Below, piece by piece: positions 1 to 8,663 of a stretch of 61,903 bases of DNA. Origin of the DNA: Deltaproteobacteria bacterium (lineage in GTDB: Bacteria > Desulfobacterota > Deferrimicrobia > Deferrimicrobiales > Deferrimicrobiaceae). The notes under the pieces are model-generated. The model made no database searches and was not told the DNA's origin. It saw only the letters and a program-made list of their open reading frames with translations. The position numbers were made by a program, and so were the translations under genes. The stretch spans positions 1-61,903 of the forward strand of contig JACRIV010000079.1 in NCBI GenBank assembly GCA_016220005.1, read 5' to 3'. Each line of letters starts with the position of its first letter. Within the stretch, counting starts at the first letter, position 1.

Positions 1-74
1 ACGAACTCCTGAGAGCGACGGAGCTCGAGCTGGATCCTTCCGCCATCGAACTGCTGAATCGGGCAAGCGCCTGA
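1..74 (+). CDS. 3' end of a gene truncated by the window edge, probably an aldo/keto reductase
   Basis: Frame from position 3 reads ELLRATELELDPSAIELLNRASA*, resembling an AKR C-terminus; only 23 residues visible. Confidence 0.45.
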   Translation, partial: ELLRATELELDPSAIELLNRASA

Positions 75-180
75 CGCCCGAGCAGGACCTGGCTTGAAAT
101 TCGGTCGGGATTGGGCGCCGTCTCATGAATCTACGGCTAACGGAACGCCGATGCCCGCGTGGAACCGCTGGAGGCTCTTC

Positions 181-960
181 TTACCCGTGGACGGCGTGTC
201 CGAACGCCCGCATGAAGACCATCTCCTCGGGGGAAAGCGGCCCCTTGTCGAGCGCCGCCAGGTTCTCGCGCAATTCGGCTGCGCTGCGAGGCCCGGCGAG
301 GACCACGTCCACGTGCGGGTTCGTGAGGCAAAAGCGGTAGCAGTCGCCCGCCGTCGCCACCCTGTCCTTCCAGCCGCGGGGCGCGCGCAGGAGCCGCCGC
401 CAGGCCGTGGCGGTGTAGGCGATCACCGCGGGACGGCGGTCGGCCAGGTGCGGAAAGATCTCCTGCTCCGCTCCCGGATGGGCGGCGTTGTAGCGGATCA
501 TGAGGAGGTCGAGGATCGAGGCCTCGGCGAGTTTCCCCGCCCGCGGCCGGTCGTGGATCGATACCCCCAGCGCGCGGACCTTCCCCTCCTCGCGGAGCTT
601 CAGCATCTCTTCCTGCACCGCGCCGGTGAAGGCCGACATCTTTCCGAGCCAGTAAAGTTGGAAGACGTCGAGGTAGTCGACGCCCAACGTTCGCAGCGCG
701 GATTCCGCGGCTCGACGCACGGCGCCCGGGAAGTAACCGAACAGCGGACCCGCGGAAACCACGTACCGCTCCCGGTCGCGTGCGAGGGCGTCGCGGAGTG
801 CGAGAGTAAGCCCCTTCATCCGCGGGCTCCAGAACACATACTGGATCCGCTCCAACGCCTCGCGGCACCCTGCTTGGTCGAGACCGAAGCTGCCGGAAAG
901 CCCCATCCGGAAGAGCGACCGGCTGAGTTTGGGCACCTCGCGGTACGCGAAGTCGTTCAC
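181..960 (-). CDS. Aldo/keto reductase
   Basis: Motifs SALRTLGVDYLDVFQL, EEGKVRALGVS, RYNAAH, GPRSAAELRENL; start placed at GTG 960 rather than the ORF-track 1422. Confidence 0.85.
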   Translation of the reverse strand: MNDFAYREVPKLSRSLFRMGLSGSFGLDQAGCREALERIQYVFWSPRMKGLTLALRDALARDRERYVVSAGPLFGYFPGAVRRAAESALRTLGVDYLDVFQLYWLGKMSAFTGAVQEEMLKLREEGKVRALGVSIHDRPRAGKLAEASILDLLMIRYNAAHPGAEQEIFPHLADRRPAVIAYTATAWRRLLRAPRGWKDRVATAGDCYRFCLTNPHVDVVLAGPRSAAELRENLAALDKGPLSPEEMVFMRAFGHAVHG

Positions 961-1110
961 GGCCCCGTCCGCCGCATACAATTCCTCCAAGAGGTTGAAA
1001 TCTGTTCGATTCCTATTATTGGACAGTTTCACCGCCGAGGAGACAAGGATCATCTTCGACCGCGGATCTCCCCTCCTCCCGGGGAATCTTATTTGGAGAA
1101 TCCCAAGGAA

Positions 1111-1312
1111 AACGGAAGAGGAGGCGCGCAAGGCGATGTCCGGAATGGGGATGTCCCGGAGCGCGGTCGACGCGATGATCGAGATGCAGCGCGGCTTCAA
1201 CGAGGGGAGAATCCGCCCCACGCAGGCACGGAACCCGGAGAACACAACGCCGACGACTCTGGAGGAGTTCGCAAGCACCATCTTCGCCCGCGCGTACCGG
1301 CCCGCGGCGTAG
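1111..1312 (+). pseudogene. C-terminal remnant of an NmrA-like NAD(P)-binding protein
   Basis: EEARKAMSGMGMS...ENTTPTTLEEFASTIFARAY resembles an NmrA-family C-terminus; no upstream Rossmann fold in frame; left boundary approximate. Confidence 0.55.
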
Positions 1313-1500
1313 TTTCTCCGGACCTGGACCGGTAAAATCCTTTCCCGGGACAACGGCGGGACCGGAGTCGGGATCGCCCGCATGCTGACGTCGGTGCCCC
1401 AGGCCGAATCGGGGGCAACCACGGGGCAATCTAAATTTTATGATGGCGGCAATTCGTCAACCTGGCCAAGTCTGTCCTGATGACAAATAGAGGAGACATT

Positions 1501-1932
1501 ATGGCGCAGCAATCAGTGATCGACGCAGCCAAGGCATCGATTCTTGCCTACGGCGATAAGAACTGGAATGGAGTCAGGGCTTCGGTGTCCCCCGGCGTCC
1601 TCTACGATGAGGTTGCCACCCATCGGAAAATGAACGGCGTAGAACAACTCCTCACTGTCTGGCAGGGTTGGGCCACGGCTTTCCCCGATTCGAAGGCCAC
1701 GTTCCAGAATGCCTTTTCCAGCGGCAACACCGTAGTGCTGGAGGTGACATGGCGCGGCACCCATGGTGGGCCGCTGCAGACGCCCGAGGGTCGGTTCCCG
1801 GCAACCGGCAAGACGATAGAGGTCCCAGCATGTCTGATTATTGAGATCGGAGACGGAAAAGCAAGATCGATGCGCCATTACTTCGATATGGCGACTCTGA
1901 TGCAGCAACTCGGACTTGCGAAGGCTGCCTGA
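1501..1932 (+). CDS. SnoaL-like ester cyclase / NTF2-fold protein
   Basis: AFPD, TWRGTHGGPL, PATGKTIEVP, RHYFDMATLMQQLG motifs; SD AGGAGA upstream of ATG 1501. Confidence 0.9.
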   Translation: MAQQSVIDAAKASILAYGDKNWNGVRASVSPGVLYDEVATHRKMNGVEQLLTVWQGWATAFPDSKATFQNAFSSGNTVVLEVTWRGTHGGPLQTPEGRFPATGKTIEVPACLIIEIGDGKARSMRHYFDMATLMQQLGLAKAA

Positions 1933-2057
1933 GCCGGCAACAGCGGTAAAGTGTACACCACCCCAGTTGACGGCTGAACCCGCCGGTGCCCGCGGGCTAG
2001 CCGTCGGCGGGATCCTGTGGGCACGGCGCTGGGCATATGTCGGGATTTTATATGAGA

Positions 2058-2086
2058 AAGGGGCTACGGTCGCCCGTAACCCCTTG
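2058..2086 (-). terminator. Hairpin downstream of tRNA-fMet (probable terminator)
   Basis: Minus strand AGGGGTTACGG-GCGA-CCGTAGCCCCT followed by TTCT. Confidence 0.6.
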
Positions 2087-2093
2087 ATTTGTT

Positions 2094-2174
<81 letters not shown>

Positions 2175-2181
2175 GAGAGAA

Positions 2182-2210
2182 AACATATCACCAGTGATTT
2201 CCATCGTCAA
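2182..2210 (-). promoter_or_regulatory. Putative sigma70 promoter of tRNA-fMet
   Basis: TTGACG, 17-bp spacer, TATGTT, ending 11 bp upstream of the tRNA. Confidence 0.6.
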
Positions 2211-2367
2211 GCATTTTGAAGCGCGTTTTGAAGCGCATCTCAAAAAGCGCATCATCTTCCGATTCGGGCGCATCGAATTGCGGAAAGCCAACATGTGAGA
2301 GTAATATGTTTTCGACGATTGAATGGCAGCCGGCGCATCGCGGAGCCGGCGGAAAGGATCGAGACGG

Positions 2368-2820
2368 ATGTCCCGTCCCGTGGTTCCCTGCCTCCTTGCG
2401 GTCTTCTTCCTCGCCTGCATATCGATAGCCGCGTTCGGGGTTTTGAATCCCCACATCGAACCGCCCCAGTGCGACAGCTGCCATAAAAAGATCCCCACTG
2501 AAGAGGAAGCCGCCGCAGGACACTACTTTCTCCTGAAGGACACGATCGACGACACCTGCCACATCTGCCACGAGAAAACCTGCTGCAAACCCGGATCCCT
2601 CCACGGGATCAACCACCCTTCCAACATCAAGGACTGGGACCGGAAGTATTTCCGCAAGCCGAAGACCCTCCCCCTCCACAACGGCTACATTACCTGCAAC
2701 ACCTGCCACTTGCACCGGATGCCGGGGGGGAATCAGTACAAGATGGTCCGGATCGTCAAGATCGACGGGAAGAAGATCGACTGGACGGATCTTTGCACCG
2801 ACTGCCACATCGGTTATTGA
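2368..2820 (+). CDS. Exported tetraheme c-type cytochrome
   Basis: Signal-peptide-like N-terminus; four CxxCH motifs (CDSCH, CHICH, CNTCH, CTDCH). Confidence 0.88.
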   Translation: MSRPVVPCLLAVFFLACISIAAFGVLNPHIEPPQCDSCHKKIPTEEEAAAGHYFLLKDTIDDTCHICHEKTCCKPGSLHGINHPSNIKDWDRKYFRKPKTLPLHNGYITCNTCHLHRMPGGNQYKMVRIVKIDGKKIDWTDLCTDCHIGY

Positions 2821-2883
2821 GTATACAGGGCGCGGTCTAGCGGTTGCTATGATTACCTGAATTCTCCCTGGAAGGTTGCCGGG

Positions 2884-4101
2884 ATGTATGTGCTTCTCCT
2901 GCTGATACCGTTGGCCATGGGCTTGATCGCCGGATTTCTGCTCGGGAGAGGATTCCCGAAAAAGAAGCGGGAACCGGAGATCGACAAAGGAAAGGAGGAC
3001 TATCAGGGGCAACGATTTCGGGAGCTCAACCAGGAGTTGAAGGCCACCCGGGAGGAGCTCACCCGTAAAAGGGAGATCGCCGCCCAGATACCGATCATCG
3101 TCCGGATGCTGAGCGAGAAGCTGCCGCAGAGTTCCATCCCCGGCATCGCGGTGCGGTCGTCGAAGAACTTCTTCAACGCCAAGCAGGCGGGATTCTTCTC
3201 GCCGGTGGAAGGGACGAACGAGGTTGTCTTGACCGAGGGGGCCGGGTTCCCCCTCGAATGGAAAGGGAACGTCCGTTTTTCCGCCCGGGACGGGATCCTC
3301 GGAATGGCCCTTGAGAACCGCGTCATCCTGACGAAGGACGAATACGCCGCCTGTGGGAAGATGCATCCCCCCGGCCCCAACTCCCTGGAAAAAGCGGGCG
3401 TGATCCCCGACCTCGTCGCCCCCGTTCTCGGGACTTCGGAGCCCATCGGCGCGATCGTGGTCGCGGGATGCGCCGTGCCGGTCAACGACGAGCGCCATTA
3501 CGCGTCGATGCTGGCCGACATTTTCTCCAGCGCGTACAAGAACGCCATGGTGATCGAATCGACCGAGTTGAGCGCCTCGGTGGATGCGCTCACGGGACTC
3601 TTCAACAGGATGTACTTCGCCCCCTGGTTCGAGAACGCGTTACGCCAGGCGAGGAACTACTCTGCGCCCCTCTCCCTCGTCATGCTGGACATCGACCACT
3701 TCAAGAGGGTCAACGACACCTACGGCCATCCCGCGGGGGACCTGGTCCTGAAAAAGATCGGGGAGATTCTCAGAAGATTCACAAGGAGTTCGAACCTCGT
3801 CGCACGATACGGCGGGGAGGAATTCGTGATCGTGATGACTTCTTCGGGCAAGGACCAGTCGTGCCAGTGCACTGATGCCCTGAGAGAGAAGGTCGCCTTG
3901 CTGGAGATCAAGGCCCCCGACAAGGACGTCCTTATCCGGGTGACGATCAGCGCAGGGGTGGCCGGGTTCCCCCAGGACGGGGATTCGACCTCCGACCTCA
4001 TTCGGGCTGCGGACGACGCGCTCTACGAGGCGAAGAGGAAAGGGCGGAACCAGGTGGTCCGGGCCGAAGCGGTGGGGCTGGACGGCAAGCCTGTTCGATA
4101 G
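2884..4101 (+). CDS. Membrane-anchored diguanylate cyclase (TM, coiled coil, GAF-like, GGDEF)
   Basis: DALTGLFNR, DIDHFKRVNDTYGH, RYGGEEF, ADDALYEAKRKGRN. Confidence 0.93.
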   Translation: MYVLLLLIPLAMGLIAGFLLGRGFPKKKREPEIDKGKEDYQGQRFRELNQELKATREELTRKREIAAQIPIIVRMLSEKLPQSSIPGIAVRSSKNFFNAKQAGFFSPVEGTNEVVLTEGAGFPLEWKGNVRFSARDGILGMALENRVILTKDEYAACGKMHPPGPNSLEKAGVIPDLVAPVLGTSEPIGAIVVAGCAVPVNDERHYASMLADIFSSAYKNAMVIESTELSASVDALTGLFNRMYFAPWFENALRQARNYSAPLSLVMLDIDHFKRVNDTYGHPAGDLVLKKIGEILRRFTRSSNLVARYGGEEFVIVMTSSGKDQSCQCTDALREKVALLEIKAPDKDVLIRVTISAGVAGFPQDGDSTSDLIRAADDALYEAKRKGRNQVVRAEAVGLDGKPVR

Positions 4102-4106
4102 GGAAC

Positions 4107-5093
4107 TTACCGCCCCGGTTTCCCGCCCCTCCCGGGTGCCTGCACGCCGCCGCCTTTGCGGACCCCCGCCTTGGACGGACGCGGACCGGGCGGGAAGCCC
4201 GGCCCCTTTGACGGTTTCTTCCATTCCGGCTTGGGCTGGCGGGGGCCACGCTGCTCCCCTGACGCCTCTTCCGACACGGCTGGGCGAGGCCGCTTCGCGC
4301 GGGGGACGAATTTCGGCTTGCCCGCATGCGGTTCCCGGGCCGGCGCATCGCGGGGCTCGTGCTCCCTCTGCTTCACGTAGGCATTGAGGTCGCGTACTTC
4401 CTTTCCCGTGAGGTACCTCCACTCGCCCGGCTCCACGCCCGCAAGCGTAAGCGGCCCGATCGCCACCCGGCGCAGCTTCATCACACGGTGCCCGATCGCC
4501 TCGAACATCTTCCGCACCTGGTGGTACCTGCCCTCGGCGATCCGGATGGAGATCCACGACTTCCCTTCCCGTTTCTGCAGGAAGTCGACCTGGGCGGGGT
4601 TGGTCATCACGCCGTCGACCGGCAGGCCCCGGCGCAGGATCTTGAGGCTGGCCGGGGGCGGGGCGCCCATCACCTTCGCGACGTAGGTCTTCTCCACGCC
4701 GAACTTCGGGTGGGTAAGCTTGTACGCCAGCTCTCCGTCGTTGGTCAGGAGCAGCAGGCCGGTCGTGTGGTAGTCCAGCCGCCCCACCGGAAAAACGCGG
4801 GTGGAAAGCTCGCCCACGAGGGAAGCCACCGTCTGCCGGCCCTCCTTGTCTTTCATCGTGGAGACCACGTTGTCGGGCTTGTACGCCATGATGTAGATCT
4901 TCTCTTCCCGCAAGGGGACGAGCGTGTTGCCGTCCAACCGCACCTCGCCCTTCCCCGGGTCGAGGAACGCGCCGGGGTCCAGAATCGGCTGGCCCCCGAC
5001 GGTCACTCTCCCGTGCCGGATCAGCTCGTCGGCCGTGCGGCGGGAAACGCTCGCGCAGAGCGAGATGTACCGGTTGAGCCGCTCATTCAGCAT
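4107..5093 (-). CDS. rluB: rRNA pseudouridine synthase (S4 + RsuA/RluB family) with basic low-complexity tail
   Basis: S4-like N-terminus, GRLD catalytic motif, EGRYHQVRKM; adjacent to scpAB. Confidence 0.85.
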   Translation of the reverse strand: MLNERLNRYISLCASVSRRTADELIRHGRVTVGGQPILDPGAFLDPGKGEVRLDGNTLVPLREEKIYIMAYKPDNVVSTMKDKEGRQTVASLVGELSTRVFPVGRLDYHTTGLLLLTNDGELAYKLTHPKFGVEKTYVAKVMGAPPPASLKILRRGLPVDGVMTNPAQVDFLQKREGKSWISIRIAEGRYHQVRKMFEAIGHRVMKLRRVAIGPLTLAGVEPGEWRYLTGKEVRDLNAYVKQREHEPRDAPAREPHAGKPKFVPRAKRPRPAVSEEASGEQRGPRQPKPEWKKPSKGPGFPPGPRPSKAGVRKGGGVQAPGRGGKPGR

Positions 5094-5985
5094 CCGGCTC
5101 CTCCGCTTGGCTTCCGGACGCGGCGCCTTCCGCCTCCGCTCCCTCCCCCTCCTCCTTGGCGGCCGCCTCGCTCAGAACGACGTCCGAGACCCCTTCCGGC
5201 AGACCGGGCTCCGTCGTGACCAGCGGCTCTCCATGCTCTGCCTCTTCGAGGCTGGCCGCAAGCTCCGAGGTCGAGCGGCGCGGGCCGGCCGGCTGGAAGA
5301 CCGGCTCCGCGGGAGCCTCCGCCACGACGCCCCCGGTCGCCGCGGCGAGGAAGTCCTCGATGTCCCGCATCGACGGGAGGTCGGAGAGGCTGGCCAGTCC
5401 GAAAACCTCGAGGAACTCCCGCGTCGTAGCGAAGAGGAAGGGCTTCCCCGGCACGTCCTTCTTGCCCACGACCTTGACCAGCCGGCGGTCCATCAGCGTC
5501 TTGAGCGCCCCCGCGCAGTCCACGCCGCGGATCTGCTCGATCTCGAGGCGGGTCGCCGGCTGCTTGTAGGCGATGATGGACAGCGTCTCCAGGGCCGCCC
5601 GTGAGAACCGCGGCGGCTTGACGTCGAAGAGCCGGCGCACGTACTCCTGGTTGGCGGGATTGGTGCGAAGCTGCACCCCCTTCGCCACCTCCTCGACCAG
5701 GATCCCGGAAGCGTCCGGCGGGCATTTCGACTGCAGGATGCGGACGACCTCGCGAACCGCCTGCCTGCCGAGCCCGCCCAGGAGCTGGCCGATCTTCTCG
5801 TAGGAGAGCGGCTGGGACGAGACGAGCAGGAGGCTCTCCAGGATCGAGGCGGCGCGGGAGAGATCGGCCTCCTCCGGGGTCGGGGCCGGTTCCTCCTGGA
5901 CGGCAACGCCCACGACCGGGTTGGTGTCGACGGAGTCCGCCGGGGTCTCTTCAGGGGGTGTCGGGTTCTTCGTGTTCTCTTCCAT
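5083..5985 (-). CDS. scpB: SMC-Scp complex subunit ScpB
   Basis: ALETLSIIAYKQPATRLEIEQIRGV, GKPFLFATTREFLEVFGL. Confidence 0.93.
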   Translation of the reverse strand: MEENTKNPTPPEETPADSVDTNPVVGVAVQEEPAPTPEEADLSRAASILESLLLVSSQPLSYEKIGQLLGGLGRQAVREVVRILQSKCPPDASGILVEEVAKGVQLRTNPANQEYVRRLFDVKPPRFSRAALETLSIIAYKQPATRLEIEQIRGVDCAGALKTLMDRRLVKVVGKKDVPGKPFLFATTREFLEVFGLASLSDLPSMRDIEDFLAAATGGVVAEAPAEPVFQPAGPRRSTSELAASLEEAEHGEPLVTTEPGLPEGVSDVVLSEAAAKEEGEGAEAEGAASGSQAEEPDAE

Positions 5986-6739
5986 CTTCTCCCTCGCGTA
6001 CCGATGGCACGATGGTGATCAGGCCCATCGGGTTCGCCTGGTAGACCTTGACGGTCCGCAGCCGGACCAGTTCCAGGATCCCCAGGAAGAACGAGATGAT
6101 CTCGTTTTTCGTCTTGAACTCCTCGAGCAGCCGGTCGAACCGGATCGCCCCGTCGTCCTTGATCCGGTCCAGCAGGAAGGCGATCGCGTCGGCGATCGTG
6201 AGCCGATCCACGAACACCTCGTGGGCCTCCTTCTCGGGGATCCGGGCGAGCACGTCCTTGAACGCCGTGATGAGGTCGGCCAGGGACAGCTCGGTGATCG
6301 CCACCTCCTCCTCCGGGATCTCCTCGGCCAGGAAGTCCCTTGCGAACACGTCCCGCCCGAGGATCGGCCGGTCCGCAAGGCGCGCCGCCGCCTCCTTGAA
6401 CTTCTGATATTCGACCAGCCGGCGGGAGAGCTCCGCCCGCATGATCTCGGGGTCTTCCTCCGGGTCCGGCTCCTCGTCCCCCCGCGGCAGCAGTGAGCGG
6501 GACTTGATGTAGAGAAGAGTCGACGCCATAACGAGGAACTCCCCGGCGACGTCCAGGTTGAGCGCCTTCATCACATCGAGGTAAGCCAGGTACTGCTCCG
6601 TGATCTTCGCGATCGGGATATCGTGGATGTCGAGTTTGTTCTCCCGGACCAGGTGCAGGAGGAGGTCGAGCGGGCCCTCGAATACCCCCAGCCTGAAGGC
6701 GATCCCGGCCCCCCCGTTCTGCGGCTCAGATCCGGACAG
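5951..6739 (-). CDS. scpA: Segregation/condensation protein ScpA (kleisin), probable CTG start
   Basis: Conserved FEGPLDLLLHL lies upstream of the first canonical start (6574); CTG at 6739 follows SD AAGGAGGT; in-frame TAA just upstream. Confidence 0.9.
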   Translation of the reverse strand: MSGSEPQNGGAGIAFRLGVFEGPLDLLLHLVRENKLDIHDIPIAKITEQYLAYLDVMKALNLDVAGEFLVMASTLLYIKSRSLLPRGDEEPDPEEDPEIMRAELSRRLVEYQKFKEAAARLADRPILGRDVFARDFLAEEIPEEEVAITELSLADLITAFKDVLARIPEKEAHEVFVDRLTIADAIAFLLDRIKDDGAIRFDRLLEEFKTKNEIISFFLGILELVRLRTVKVYQANPMGLITIVPSVREGEDGREHEEPDTP

Positions 6740-7706
6740 CGTCCCTTACCTCCTTCATCTTCTTCTCGGCGATGGCACGGGCCCTCTCAGTCCCCTCCTC
6801 CAGGATATCGCGAACCGAAACCCTGCTCTCGAGAATCTGGTTCCGCCGCTCGCGGACGGGCGCCAGGACCTTCTCCATGTGCTCGTACATCCACTTCTTG
6901 CACTCGATGCAGCCGATCCCCGCGGTGCGGCAGCCCACGTTGACCTTTTCGATCGTCTCCCGGTCCGAGAAGATCCTGTGGTACGCGAAAACGTTACAGA
7001 TCTCGGGGTTCCCGGGGTCGGAGCGCCGCACTCGCGCCGGGTCGGTCACCATAGGCTTGACCTTCGCCCAGACCTCTTCGGCGGTATCGGAGAGGAGGAT
7101 CGCGTTGCCGTAGGTCTTGCTCATCTTCCGATTGTCGGTCCCCATGATCTTGGGGGTCTCGGTCAGGTAGGCCTGGGGGATGGTGAAGACTTCCTTGTAC
7201 AGGAAGTCGAACCGCCTTGCGATCTCCCGGGCAAGCTCCAGGTGAGGGACCTGGTCGATCCCGACGGGCACCAGCGCCGCGTCGTACATCAGGATGTCGG
7301 CCGCCTGCAGGACCGGGTAGCCCAGGAACCCATAGGTGTGCAAGTCTCTTGTCGTCTGCTCGCGGAGCTGCTCCTTGTAGGTCGGGTTCCGCTCCAGCCA
7401 CGGAAGCGGAGTGATCATCGACAGGAGCAGGTGCAGCTCGGCGTGCTGGGGGACGCGGCTCTGGATGAAGAGCGTGGCCTTTTTCGGGTCGATCCCCGCC
7501 GCCAGCCAGTCGATCACCATGTCGTCGATGCTCTCGCGGATGATCCCCGTGCGTTCGTATTCCGTGGTCAGCGCATGCCAGTCGGCGACGAAGAAGAAGC
7601 AGTCATTGTCCTCCTGGAGCTTCTTCCAGTTGACGAGCACCCCGAGGTAGTGCCCCAGGTGCAGCTTGCCGCTCGGCCGCATGCCGCTTAAGACGCGTTG
7701 ACGCAA
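6726..7706 (-). CDS. trpS: Tryptophan--tRNA ligase
   Basis: SGMRPSGKLHLGH (HIGH-like), YPVLQAADIL, GIDQVPH, KMSKT. Confidence 0.97.
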   Translation of the reverse strand: MRQRVLSGMRPSGKLHLGHYLGVLVNWKKLQEDNDCFFFVADWHALTTEYERTGIIRESIDDMVIDWLAAGIDPKKATLFIQSRVPQHAELHLLLSMITPLPWLERNPTYKEQLREQTTRDLHTYGFLGYPVLQAADILMYDAALVPVGIDQVPHLELAREIARRFDFLYKEVFTIPQAYLTETPKIMGTDNRKMSKTYGNAILLSDTAEEVWAKVKPMVTDPARVRRSDPGNPEICNVFAYHRIFSDRETIEKVNVGCRTAGIGCIECKKWMYEHMEKVLAPVRERRNQILESRVSVRDILEEGTERARAIAEKKMKEVRDAVRI

Positions 7707-7728
7707 CTCGTTGCCTCCTCGAGAAGGG

Positions 7729-8439
7729 TTATCCGCCCAGGAACAGCATGGTCAGCAGGTGGATGAGCGGGCTGATGACCCGCCAGATTATACCAAACGG
7801 GTCGAACATGAAGAGCGCAATCAGGATGAGCATCCCGTACCGCTCGATCGATGCCAGCGCCTGCGAGGGGCCGTGGGGAAGGAGTCCCACGGCGATCCGC
7901 CCCCCGTCCAACGGGGGGATCGGGATGAGGTTGAAGATGGCCAGGAGGACGTTCCACCGGACCGATTCCACGCACATGAGCGCCAGGGGGATGAGCACCA
8001 TCTGAGTGGCGCCGTCCGCCGTGGCGCGCAGGCCCATGCTCCCGATCTTCGGGATGATTACGGGGTCCACGAGGCCGATGATCCGGAGCAGAAGGCCCGA
8101 CGCCGCCCCCAGCGCCAGGTTCGTGACCACGCCCGCCGCCGCCACGTAGATCGGGTCTCGTTTCTGGTCCCGCAGGAGCCGGAAGTTGACCGGCACCGGC
8201 TTGGCGTAACCGAACAGGAACGGGCTCCGCAGCAGGATGAGCAGCCCGGGAAGCAGGACCGTCCCGAACGGATCGATGTGCTTCAGGGGGTTCAGGGTCA
8301 CCCGCCCGAGCATCATGGCGGTAGGGTCCCCCTTCTTGTAGGCGACCCACCCGTGCGCGGCCTCGTGAAAAGTGATCGCCAGCAAAAGCGGAATCGCAGC
8401 GATGGACAGATGCTGGAGAAAGCCCTGAATGTCGGCCAA
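7729..8439 (-). CDS. Site-2 protease family (M50) membrane metalloprotease
   Basis: HEAAH zinc motif, NLIPIPPLDG, multiple TM segments. Confidence 0.92.
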   Translation of the reverse strand: MADIQGFLQHLSIAAIPLLLAITFHEAAHGWVAYKKGDPTAMMLGRVTLNPLKHIDPFGTVLLPGLLILLRSPFLFGYAKPVPVNFRLLRDQKRDPIYVAAAGVVTNLALGAASGLLLRIIGLVDPVIIPKIGSMGLRATADGATQMVLIPLALMCVESVRWNVLLAIFNLIPIPPLDGGRIAVGLLPHGPSQALASIERYGMLILIALFMFDPFGIIWRVISPLIHLLTMLFLGG

Positions 8440-8496
8440 ACGTAACCCCTCTCAAAAAAAGATTATTTTAACAGGTTCTCGGTTTCCGTAAAGCTT

Positions 8497-8663
8497 AGGG
8501 ACGTTCTTTAACTTTTGTCCGGGGACGTTCTTAAAACTTTTTATCAGGGACGTTCTTGAACTTTTAGAGCACCACGCGCGAAAAAGTTCAAGAACGTCCC
8601 TGAAAGCCATAAAAAGTTTTAAGAACGTCCCCATGCCGCCTGAAAAGTTCAGGGACGTCCCTG
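8497..8663. repeat. Nested palindromic array: three direct and three inverted copies of a ~20-bp GGGACGTTCTT-N-AACTTTT unit
   Basis: Copies at 8497-8516, 8521-8542, 8546-8565 and inverted at 8581-8602, 8611-8632, 8643-8663; copies 2/5 and 3/4 are exact reverse complements. Confidence 0.9.

Noticed and set aside
961-1422. N-terminal extension of the AKR given in the ORF track
   Set aside because: Runs antisense to the NmrA-like remnant and has no AKR features; the family-like sequence begins at 960
4107-4370. Lys/Arg/Pro/Gly-rich tail of RluB as a novel domain
   Set aside because: Disordered basic tails are common in this family
8497-8663. CRISPR array
   Set aside because: Spacers are only about 3-15 bp, half the copies are inverted, and no cas genes are present
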